Below are positions 48,990 through 57,389 of a DNA stretch of 64,000 nt, piece after piece. The first letter of the stretch is position 1. The number at the start of each line of letters is the position of its first letter. The DNA is from an uncultured Chloroflexia bacterium (GTDB lineage: Bacteria > Chloroflexota > Limnocylindria > Limnocylindrales > CSP1-4). The stretch lies in NCBI GenBank assembly GCA_963828165.1, contig CAWHDR010000001.1, positions 864,001-928,000 of the forward strand, given 5' to 3'. Position numbers and translations under genes: made by a program. Below the pieces are notes generated by a model. It was not told where the DNA came from, made no database searches, and saw only the letters and a program-made list of their open reading frames with translations.

Positions 48990-49841
48990 ATGTCCGGCCT
49001 GGCCCGTCCCGAGCTCGTCGCAACCACCGAGTGGTTGGCCGAGAATCTGGGCCGGCAGGGCGTACGACTCCTCGATGCGCGCTGGCGACCGGACGGGACT
49101 GGCGTGCAGGTCCACCGGGCCGGCCAGATCCCCGGTGCCCGCTACATCGACTGGCGGGCAGACCTTGCCGACGACGCCGAGGACTCCGACGCCATCCGGC
49201 TGGCAACGCCGGACCGGATCGGCGAGGTCGCGTCGCGGGTCGGCATCGGCGACGGCACGACGGTCGTCATCTACGACGACACCCAGGGGCTGTACGCGGC
49301 GCGCGTGTGGTGGTCGTTCCAGGCCTACGGGCTCGCGCAGGTACGCATCCTCGACGGGGGGTTCCCGGCCTGGCAGGCAGAGAACCGCCCGATCTCCCGC
49401 GGCCTGAACGATGGGATCGAGCTACCCGTCGTCCCGTTCACCCCGCGCGGACCGAACCGCATGCATCTGACGACCTCCGACGTCCGCGCGATGCTCGGCG
49501 CGCCGAGCGTGGCGCTCCTCGACGCGCGAGCGCCGGCCGAGTATCGCGGCTACGAGGGCAACACTCGGCGGCTCGGGCATATCCCGGGCGCAGTCAACGT
49601 GCCGGTCGGCAACATGCATGAATCCGGTAGCCAACGCCTCCGCAGCGGCGACGAGCTCCGCAGCCTCCTGCATGCGGCAAACGTGAGCCGCGGCCGTCGG
49701 ATGGTGGCCTACGACGGGTCAGGGGTGGCTGCGGCGAAGCTGGCCTTCGTCCTGATGCTGCTCGGGCACGACGATGTCGCCGTGTACGACGGCGGCTGGG
49801 CCGAATGGGGGAACCGCCTGGACTTGCCGGTCGACCGGTAG
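48990..49841 (+). CDS. tandem rhodanese/sulfurtransferase-like protein lacking catalytic Cys
   Basis: IPGA, AARVWW, LDGG, GHIPGA, YDGSG, YDGGWAEW. Confidence 0.88.
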   Translation: MSGLARPELVATTEWLAENLGRQGVRLLDARWRPDGTGVQVHRAGQIPGARYIDWRADLADDAEDSDAIRLATPDRIGEVASRVGIGDGTTVVIYDDTQGLYAARVWWSFQAYGLAQVRILDGGFPAWQAENRPISRGLNDGIELPVVPFTPRGPNRMHLTTSDVRAMLGAPSVALLDARAPAEYRGYEGNTRRLGHIPGAVNVPVGNMHESGSQRLRSGDELRSLLHAANVSRGRRMVAYDGSGVAAAKLAFVLMLLGHDDVAVYDGGWAEWGNRLDLPVDR

Positions 49842-49884
49842 CGGGCGCGCCGTCGACGAGGTCGCGTTCAGCGTCCCCGAACGT

Positions 49885-50556
49885 CTAGCCGATCAGCTCC
49901 GTGGGCGGTCGCGGTGCCGGCGGGACATCCGTCTCGGGCCACGCGGGGTCTCCGGCGGGCTTCGGGGGCGCGGGCGCGGCGCCCGGGGTCGCGGCGTCCG
50001 GGGTGGCGGCGCCCGGAGCCGGGGCTTCGAGATCGGCCCATGGGTCGACGATCACGAGCGGTGCCAGGATCTGGGCTCGTTCGTGGTTCACGGCCACGAG
50101 CTCGGCGGTCTGGCGGGCCTCGCCAAGGACATCGGACCAATACGTCGCCGTGGTGACCGGCACGAACTTGCCGGTCAGCTCCGCCAGGGACACGCGCAGG
50201 TCGTGCCCGGGCATGAGGTAGATGCTCCCGGTCACCTTGAACGGCGGCACGGAGATCAACGCCTGCTCGGCGACCTTGGGCGTCCGAAGCTCCGGTGGCG
50301 TGTCCAGCTTCGTGTCGGCGACGGCGAAGAGGACCGCGTTCAGGTTGATCTGGGCGAACTCGGCCCGGACCGTCTCGCCGCGCGTCCCGAACTCATCCGT
50401 CGTGACGTCGCTGAGCACGATGAACCGGTCCTCGGCGAGGTTCAGGATGTCGCTGACGCGCCGCTGGCGGGTCAGGATCGTGCCGCGAACGATGAACGCG
50501 TCCGTATAGATGGTGAGGGTGGTTACGGGCGGATCGCCCCCGACGCCGTCGAACAT
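49885..50556 (-). CDS. hypothetical protein (duplicated DUF6812-like domain)
   Basis: Two similar halves (T..VRG..R.SD.LN..FI and FKVTG..KFVPVT); TATCCT upstream. Confidence 0.65.
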   Translation of the reverse strand: MFDGVGGDPPVTTLTIYTDAFIVRGTILTRQRRVSDILNLAEDRFIVLSDVTTDEFGTRGETVRAEFAQINLNAVLFAVADTKLDTPPELRTPKVAEQALISVPPFKVTGSIYLMPGHDLRVSLAELTGKFVPVTTATYWSDVLGEARQTAELVAVNHERAQILAPLVIVDPWADLEAPAPGAATPDAATPGAAPAPPKPAGDPAWPETDVPPAPRPPTELIG

Positions 50557-50593
50557 CGCCGAAGGATACGCGGCCACCGGCGCGATGGGAAGG

Positions 50594-52321
50594 TCATCCC
50601 GTTGCTGGCGGGACCGTCCTGGCGCCAGCGGTCACCAGCAGCTCCGAGCCGTGCTGGAGGCCCTCGTACAGGGCGGTCACCGTGTCGACCGTGTCGATCT
50701 CATCGACCGACTTGTCCGGGCGCAGCGCGGCAATTCGTGGGAAGCGCAGGCTGAAGCCCGAGCCGTGGCGCTTGCTCCGCACGATCACGTCGAACGCGAT
50801 CTCCACGACCACGGTCGGCTCGACCTGCCGGTAGCGGCCGTACGTGGCGATCGTGTGGGCTTCGAACCATTTCGTCATCTCGGCGATCTCGGCGTCGGTC
50901 AGGCCGCTGTAGGCCTTGCCGATGTTGACGAGCTTGTCCGTGGCCGTGTCGCGGATGGCGAACGTGTAGTCGCTCAGGACGCCATGCCGCTTGCCATGCC
51001 CGACCTCGACGCCGACGACCACGCAGTCGATGGTCGCGAGCGCCTTCTTCATCTTCAGCCAGCCGAGGCCGCGCCGGCCCGGCGAGTAGATGCTCGTCGG
51101 ATCCTTGACCATGAGCCCCTCGTTGCGCCGCGCCCGCGAATCGGCGAATGCGACCTCGAGCGCATCGGTGTCGGCTGCGACGCCGAGATGCGAGCGAATG
51201 AAGCGCCCACCGGCATCGGCCAGCGGCAGCTCGATCGCGTCGAGGCGCAGGCGGCGTTCGCGCAGCGGTTCGCGCAGGAGGGGCTCGACGGTGGCATCCC
51301 CGTCGGGATCGTCGCCAGGTCCCAAGGCGAGCAGGTCGAACGCCACGAAGATGACCGGCACCTCCGCTCGGATCGCTTCCGACGGCGACTTGCGCCCGAG
51401 TCGTGCCTGCAGGCTCTGGAACGGCAACACGAGGCCGTCCTTCCAGGCCAGGATCTCGCCATCGATGACCCCGGTCCACCCCAGCGGACGTGCGGCGTCG
51501 ACGACCTCGGGGAACTGGGTGCTGACGTCATTGAGGTCGCGGGAGTAGAGGCGCACGTCGGTCCCACGCTTGTGAAGCTGGGCCCGGATGCCGTCGTACT
51601 TGTCCTCGACCCAGACCTCCGGCCCAAGCCTCCTGAGGATCTCGGCCGCGTCCTCCGCCGGGGAGGCGAGCATGAACTTGAGCGGATGGAAGAGCGCGAG
51701 CTCGGCGTCGTCGAGCTGGTCGTCGCGGGCCAGCTCGGCGAGCCGGCCAACGTCGCCGGTCAGCATGCCCGCCCATTTCACGGCATCGAGCGGACGGTCG
51801 AAGGCCTTGGCGATCGCCGCTTCGACGAGGCCCTCGCGCAGGCCGATCCGGAGCTCCCGCCCGAGCACCTTGACGATGCCCTTGGCCGTTGCGGGATCGC
51901 TCCGGGCGAGGAGGTCCCCGAGCAGCTTGGCCTTGGCGGCCGGGCCGGAGGCGGACTCGACCGCGGCGAACGTGGCCGCCACCTCGGGGAGGCTCGGTGA
52001 CGTTTCGGGTGGCGGTGCGTGGCCCGCGCCGACCAGGACATCCTCGATGGCCTTGCCGAGGTCGGAGTGCCGGTCGTACGCCTCGCCCAGGTCCCCCCGC
52101 GTGACCGAAGCCACGTTCCCGATGGCGGTCATGATCGCCGACCAGCCCAGGCCCGCAGACCGCTGGTCCGCCTCCGGGAACGGACGGCCCGTCAGGAAGA
52201 CGGCCGCGATCGGGAGCTCGTCGGGCGTGAGGCTGCGCAGGTAGTCGGCCAGGAGGGCGGTCTTCTCGGAGGTCCGGGTCGTTGCCGCCACGCGCTCGGC
52301 CAGGTCGCTCCAGCGGCGCAT
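50594..52321 (-). CDS. lig: ATP-dependent DNA ligase
   Basis: LRIG, EDKYDGIR, DGE, FDLL, EGLMVK, YSPGRRG..WLKMK, LRFPR. Confidence 0.95.
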   Translation of the reverse strand: MRRWSDLAERVAATTRTSEKTALLADYLRSLTPDELPIAAVFLTGRPFPEADQRSAGLGWSAIMTAIGNVASVTRGDLGEAYDRHSDLGKAIEDVLVGAGHAPPPETSPSLPEVAATFAAVESASGPAAKAKLLGDLLARSDPATAKGIVKVLGRELRIGLREGLVEAAIAKAFDRPLDAVKWAGMLTGDVGRLAELARDDQLDDAELALFHPLKFMLASPAEDAAEILRRLGPEVWVEDKYDGIRAQLHKRGTDVRLYSRDLNDVSTQFPEVVDAARPLGWTGVIDGEILAWKDGLVLPFQSLQARLGRKSPSEAIRAEVPVIFVAFDLLALGPGDDPDGDATVEPLLREPLRERRLRLDAIELPLADAGGRFIRSHLGVAADTDALEVAFADSRARRNEGLMVKDPTSIYSPGRRGLGWLKMKKALATIDCVVVGVEVGHGKRHGVLSDYTFAIRDTATDKLVNIGKAYSGLTDAEIAEMTKWFEAHTIATYGRYRQVEPTVVVEIAFDVIVRSKRHGSGFSLRFPRIAALRPDKSVDEIDTVDTVTALYEGLQHGSELLVTAGARTVPPATG

Positions 52322-52347
52322 GGCGGCGATGGTATACGGTTCCGGCG

Positions 52348-53067
52348 ATGCCGCCGCGAACGTGGTTCCCCGAGGTCCTGACCGGTTCCCGGATCGTCCT
52401 GCGCCGACACGTGCCCGGGAACGTGGCGTGGTTTCGCAAGTGGTACGCGGACCCCGAGATCGCCCGCCTGGCGCGCTACCAGGAAGCGCCGATGCGCGCC
52501 GACGAGATCGAGCGCTTCTTCGCCGCGCGGGTCGTCGGCCCTGACGCGATGGCGATGGCCATCCACGAACGCGGCGGTGAGCGGCTGGTCGGGACATGCG
52601 CCTTCAGCCAGCTCGACGGTGAGAACGGCTCGGCGCTGTACCACATCACGATCGGCGAGAAGGACGCGTGGGGGCAGGGCTACGGCACCGAGGCGACCCG
52701 GCTCATGCTCGACCATGCCTTCGGGACGCTCGGGCTCCACCGGATCGCGCTGTTCGTGTTCGAGTTCAACGAACGCGCGATCCGAACCTACAAACGCTGC
52801 GGGTTCGTCGTGGAAGGGCGCTCGCGCGAGTCGATCTTCCGGGACGGACGCTGGTGGGACGAGATCGCGATGAGCGTGCTCGAGTCCGACTGGCGGCGGA
52901 TGCGCGTCGAGGACGCCGAGGAGGAGGGTGAGCGCGCCCTTCTCGACGGCGAGGCGCTGGCATCCCAGGGACGCGATGCCGAGAGTCCGCGGGGCGACGA
53001 GGACGGCACGTCGGCAGGTTCGACGACGACCCGTTTGCTGCGGCGCACGATGCGCAAGCTGCGATGA
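52348..53067 (+). CDS. RimJ/RimL-type GNAT acetyltransferase
   Basis: WGQGYGTEA, LHRIAL.VFEFNERAIRTYKRCGF..EG. Confidence 0.9.
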   Translation: MPPRTWFPEVLTGSRIVLRRHVPGNVAWFRKWYADPEIARLARYQEAPMRADEIERFFAARVVGPDAMAMAIHERGGERLVGTCAFSQLDGENGSALYHITIGEKDAWGQGYGTEATRLMLDHAFGTLGLHRIALFVFEFNERAIRTYKRCGFVVEGRSRESIFRDGRWWDEIAMSVLESDWRRMRVEDAEEEGERALLDGEALASQGRDAESPRGDEDGTSAGSTTTRLLRRTMRKLR

Positions 53068-53342
53068 CGAGTTCCGGCGCGGCGGCGGACGCGGCCCGGT
53101 CCGACATCCGCGAATTGATCGTCGCCAAGGGCCACAGCGTCGATAACGCCCGGGCCGCGGTCGCCCGGCTGGAGGCGGCCTTTGCCGACGGGTCACTGGA
53201 ACGGACGCCGTCGCTCGACCTGTTCCTTGGCGATCTGATGCGCGCGCTGGAACAGGACGAGGGCGAGAAGCTCGGCGGCAAGAGTGCCGAGGCGGCGCGG
53301 TTCATCCTCCGGGCGATCGATCGGGAGCTGGACCGGGCCTGA
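53064..53342 (+). CDS. hypothetical protein
   Basis: ATGA overlap; 92-aa helical ORF. Confidence 0.65.
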   Translation: MTSSGAAADAARSDIRELIVAKGHSVDNARAAVARLEAAFADGSLERTPSLDLFLGDLMRALEQDEGEKLGGKSAEAARFILRAIDRELDRA

Positions 53343-53407
53343 GGGGTCTTCCCGCCCCGCGTGTCCTAGACTTGGCGTTCCACGACGCCCATCGGAGACG
53401 CCCACCC

Positions 53408-54358
53408 ATGACCGACCTCAAGACCGGCATCCTGCTGTGGAGTCAGGCAGCGACCTGGCCGGAGATGCTCGATGCGGCGAAGCGGGTCGATCGGCTGGGC
53501 TACGACCATCTCTGGACCTGGGACCACCTGTACGGGATCTTCGGCGACCCGTACCAGCCGATCTTCGAGGGGTGGACCTCGCTCGCGGCGTGGGCGATGG
53601 CCACCGACCAGACCCGCCTGGGCCTGCTCGTCGGGGCGAACACGTTCCGCAATCCGGGCCTCACGGCCAAGACCGCCGAAACCCTCGACCATATCAGCGA
53701 CGGCCGTGCGATCCTCGGCATCGGCGGCGCCTGGTTCGAGCTGGAGCACCAGGCTCATGGCATCGAATTCGGGACCGGGTTCGGCCAGCGGCTCGACTGG
53801 CTCGACGAGGCGGTCGGCGCGATGCGCGCCGTGCTGGACGGCGGATCGGCGACCTCCGAGCCCGGCGCGCACTACGCGTTCAACGACCTCCGGCATCAGC
53901 CCCTGCCGATCCAGAAGCGCCTGCCGATCATGATCGGCGGCAGCGGCGAGAAGAAGACCCTGCGCACCGTTGCGAAGTACGCCGACATGTGGAACGCCAT
54001 GGGAACCCTGGAGCTCATGACCCACAAGGTCGAGGTCCTGCGCGGTCACTGTGACGCCGTCGGCCGGGACATCGGCGAGATCGAATTCACGCTCGGCGTG
54101 AAGCTCACGATCCGCGACTCGGAGGCCGAGGCCGACCGGGTCTGGAAATCCGCGATGGAGCACAACCGCACGCCGATGGCCGATGTCGAGGACGACGACA
54201 CGTTCTGGAACGGCTCACCCGAGCAGATCGCCGACCGCCTCCGGCCTTACGTCGAGCTCGGGTTCGAAACGGTCATCTCCGAGCAGCCCGCGCCATACGA
54301 CGTCGAGACGTTCGAGCGCTTCATCGGCGAGGTCAAGCCGCTCATCGACCGGGGCTAG
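53408..54358 (+). CDS. LLM class (probably F420-dependent) oxidoreductase
   Basis: WTWDH, EGW, RNP, LGIGGAW, PIMIGGSGEKKTLR. Confidence 0.9.
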   Translation: MTDLKTGILLWSQAATWPEMLDAAKRVDRLGYDHLWTWDHLYGIFGDPYQPIFEGWTSLAAWAMATDQTRLGLLVGANTFRNPGLTAKTAETLDHISDGRAILGIGGAWFELEHQAHGIEFGTGFGQRLDWLDEAVGAMRAVLDGGSATSEPGAHYAFNDLRHQPLPIQKRLPIMIGGSGEKKTLRTVAKYADMWNAMGTLELMTHKVEVLRGHCDAVGRDIGEIEFTLGVKLTIRDSEAEADRVWKSAMEHNRTPMADVEDDDTFWNGSPEQIADRLRPYVELGFETVISEQPAPYDVETFERFIGEVKPLIDRG

Positions 54359-54373
54359 CGGGCGAAGACGGCC

Positions 54374-55555
54374 TCAGCCCAGGACGGCCGCCAGGATCGA
54401 GCGCGCCTGGAAAGGGGTCGGGAGCCGCGGCGAGTTGCGGATCGCGGCGTCGGCGATGGCGTCCTCGGCGACGATGTCCAGCACGCGCTCGTCGAACCCG
54501 AGGCTCCGCAGGGTCGGTCGCTGGCCGACCGCCTCGCACAGCCGGCGGATCGCCCCGATCGCGACGCCGGCGGCCGTCGCGTCGTCCTCGGTCGGCGATG
54601 CGACCTTGAGCGCCACGCCGACCAACGCGAGCTCGCGATCGCGGATGCCACGGTAGAAGTCGAGCACCTCTGGCAGGATCACCGCCAGGGCCGTCCCGTG
54701 CGGCAGCTGGCCACGCGTTCCGAGCGCGTGGCCGAGGGCATGGACGAGGCCCACGCCGGTGCCACTCGCCTGGCCAACGCCCGCAAGGTGCGACGCGAGG
54801 AGCATCTGCGAGCGCCCCTCGAGGTCCGTGCCATCCGCAACGGCGCGCGGGAGCCACGCGGCAACGGTCCTGATCACGCCCAGCGCCGTCGACTCCGCGA
54901 ACGGATTCGGATTGGCCGACAGCAGCGATTCGAGCGAGTGGGTCATCGCGTCGATGCCAGTGGCGGCGGTTGCGGCCGGTGGCAGCCCGACGGTCAGGGC
55001 CGGATCCAGGATCGTCGCGACCGGGAGCAGCGACGGATGGCCGATGTAGCCCTTGCGGCCGACCACCTCGTCGGTGATGACCCCGAACGAGTTCGTCTCG
55101 GCGCCGGTGCCCGCGGTCGTCGGGACCGCCACGACCGGGCGCCCGGGTGCCAACGTTGCGCCGTCGTACTCGAGCTCCCACACGGTGAGGGGCTCGTTCG
55201 CCGCGCGCAGGTCGAGCGCCTTGGCGGTGTCCATCGAGGAGCCGCCGCCGATCGGCACGACCACGGTCCCCGCGAGGCCGAAGTCCCGGAGCGCGGTCGC
55301 GCCACGCTCCACGGTCGAGGCCGCCGGGTTCGGCTCGACCTCGTCGAAGAGCGCGTGCTCGACGCCCGCGTCCGTCAGGACGGCCAGTGCTCGATCGACG
55401 ACGCCTGAGGCGCGCACGCCCGGATCGGTGACGACGAAGACCCGCGAGCCACCGGCCGCGGCGACGACCTCGGGGAGGCGCGCGATCGCGCCGACGCCGA
55501 AGTAGACCTTGTTGCGCAGCACGATCTCGATCTGGCGACCGGCGAGATGGGTCAC
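54374..55555 (-). CDS. iron-containing (type III) alcohol dehydrogenase, possibly choline dehydrogenase
   Basis: GGGSSMDTAK, PTTAGTGAE, DAMTH, HALGH, HG. Confidence 0.9.
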   Translation of the reverse strand: MTHLAGRQIEIVLRNKVYFGVGAIARLPEVVAAAGGSRVFVVTDPGVRASGVVDRALAVLTDAGVEHALFDEVEPNPAASTVERGATALRDFGLAGTVVVPIGGGSSMDTAKALDLRAANEPLTVWELEYDGATLAPGRPVVAVPTTAGTGAETNSFGVITDEVVGRKGYIGHPSLLPVATILDPALTVGLPPAATAATGIDAMTHSLESLLSANPNPFAESTALGVIRTVAAWLPRAVADGTDLEGRSQMLLASHLAGVGQASGTGVGLVHALGHALGTRGQLPHGTALAVILPEVLDFYRGIRDRELALVGVALKVASPTEDDATAAGVAIGAIRRLCEAVGQRPTLRSLGFDERVLDIVAEDAIADAAIRNSPRLPTPFQARSILAAVLG

Positions 55556-55798
55556 GGCAGGATCTCGACGACCTGGTCGATCGCGCGTGTCGCGGCGGAC
55601 CGTCAGCCAGCGCCGGCAGCCCGCAGCGTGGAACCAGCGCTCGGTCGTGACGCCGTCGGGGTTCTCGAAGACCCAGACCTCGTCGAAGTCGCGTTCGTCC
55701 GCGTCGGTGATGGACGCCGGCACCGACCGCCGCTCGCCTCCGAACGTGAACTCGTCGAGCGGGCGTCGCCCGCAGCGCGGGCAGTCGAGCCAGAGCAT
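55552..55798 (-). CDS. soxD: sarcosine oxidase delta subunit (apparent 1-bp frameshift near 55582)
   Basis: CPRCG.R...EF, W.H..GCRRW..RDT zinc motif. Confidence 0.85.
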
Positions 55799-57018
55799 CA
55801 GCGCGTCCCCGCGGAGCCCTGGTCGGCCAGGACGTGGTCGCGGCGGAATCGATCGAGCGCGAACGGTGCGATCAATGCCGGTGGACGACCCGTGGCGATC
55901 AGCTCCGCCATGGCCTCGCCGCCGGCCGGGATGGCCTTGAAGCCCCAGGTGCCCCAGCCGGTCGTGACGAGGAACCCGTCGACCCCGGTGAAGCCCATGA
56001 TCGGGGAGAAGTCGGCGGAGATGTCGCAGATCCCGGCCCACGTCCGCAGGATCCGCAGGTCGCGCAGGAACGGCAGGAGCCTGGTGACCTTGTACGAATA
56101 CGAGCGCAGCGCCGCGAACGACGACTGGCGCGAGTACGAGGGCTGCGAGTCGAATTCCGCGCCGATGAGCATCTGGCCGCGCTCGGTCTGCGAGACGTAG
56201 CACATGAGCTCGGTGCTCGCGACGATCGGTGAGAATCCCTGGGCGTAATCGTTGGTGACGAAGGCGTGGAGCGGGTGGGTGCGTACGGGCAGGCGGACGC
56301 CCGCATGGGCGGCCATCTCCGTCACGCGGCCACCCACCGCGGAGAGCACCGCGCCCGCGGCGATCGGCCCGTCCGCGGTCTCCACGCCAACGACCCGGTC
56401 GCCGTCTCGGACGAGGCCGGTCACCGGCGTGTGCTGGAAGATGTCGACGCCGCGCTGTGAGGCACCCGAGGCATAGGCCCATGCAACGCGGTCATGTCGG
56501 GCGGTGGCACCTTCGACGTGGTGGGAGCCCCCAAGGACCGGGTAGCGGCCGCCACCGGTCAGGTCCAGCTCGGGGATCAGCTCCTTGAGCTCGGCGGGCG
56601 TGCGCATGAACGTCTGTGCGCCGTTCGCCGTGTTCATGAGGCAGCGCGCGCGCTCGGTACGCATCGCCATCTCGGTATGGGCGAGCCAGACGATCCCCTT
56701 GGTCTGGTGGAGGATCGCGGCCCCGGTCTCCTCCTCGAGCGCCTGGTACATCTCGAGGGAGTGCTGGAAGAAGCGGATCGCCTCGGGGATGCCGTAGTTG
56801 GCGCGGATGATCGTGGTGTTGCGGCCCGTGTTGCCGGACGCGATGTAGTCGGCCTCCAGGACGGCAACATTCGTGATGCCATGGCGGGTGGCCAGGTGGT
56901 ACGCCGTCGAAAGGCCGTGGCCGCCGCCACCGACGATCACGACGTCGTACGACGAGCGGCGCTCGTCCGGCCAGCGGATCGGCGGCAGCGTGTCGGTGTA
57001 CTCGCTCACGACCGCCAT
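55798..57018 (-). CDS. soxB: sarcosine oxidase beta subunit family protein
   Basis: GGGGHGL, GNTGRNTTIIRANY, ARHD, WGTWGFKA. Confidence 0.9.
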   Translation of the reverse strand: MAVVSEYTDTLPPIRWPDERRSSYDVVIVGGGGHGLSTAYHLATRHGITNVAVLEADYIASGNTGRNTTIIRANYGIPEAIRFFQHSLEMYQALEEETGAAILHQTKGIVWLAHTEMAMRTERARCLMNTANGAQTFMRTPAELKELIPELDLTGGGRYPVLGGSHHVEGATARHDRVAWAYASGASQRGVDIFQHTPVTGLVRDGDRVVGVETADGPIAAGAVLSAVGGRVTEMAAHAGVRLPVRTHPLHAFVTNDYAQGFSPIVASTELMCYVSQTERGQMLIGAEFDSQPSYSRQSSFAALRSYSYKVTRLLPFLRDLRILRTWAGICDISADFSPIMGFTGVDGFLVTTGWGTWGFKAIPAGGEAMAELIATGRPPALIAPFALDRFRRDHVLADQGSAGTR

Positions 57019-57389
57019 CCCAGACGGACTTCGAGCTCGTGGGCGTACGGCGCCGCGGTCAGGAGGAGCGCGTCACCGTCGGCGGGAAGCCACAGTTTCG
57101 CCGGCACCCCGGCGATCGAGCCCTGGGCGAGGGCCGGTCGCTCGCTCGGTAGCGGCCACTCTGTGTAGGGCTCGATCGCGGCCGGGTCGAGCCATGCGCC
57201 GACGAAGCCCGGCTCATCCTCGACGATCCCGTCCGGGTCATCGACGTCGACGGTCCGGGCGCCGAGCCCGAACGCGTCATCCGGGGCGAATCGGAGGATC
57301 GTGACGTCGTCGCCGTGCCACGTGGCGCGGTGAACGGCCGACGGATCCGCCACCACCCGGACCCCGCGCAGCCGCTCAAGCGCGGGCAC
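57006..57389 (-). CDS. short sarcosine oxidase gamma-like protein
   Basis: Position between soxA and soxB; LRFAPDD, AQGSIAGVP. Confidence 0.55.
   Translation of the reverse strand: MPALERLRGVRVVADPSAVHRATWHGDDVTILRFAPDDAFGLGARTVDVDDPDGIVEDEPGFVGAWLDPAAIEPYTEWPLPSERPALAQGSIAGVPAKLWLPADGDALLLTAAPYAHELEVRLGWRS

Noticed and set aside
49705-49720. Selenocysteine at the rhodanese active site
   Set aside because: The codon is GAC (Asp), not TGA
54374-55798. SoxD-alcohol dehydrogenase fusion
   Set aside because: Removing one base restores a normal SoxD tail (IDQVVEILP*) with a GTGA overlap onto the ADH start
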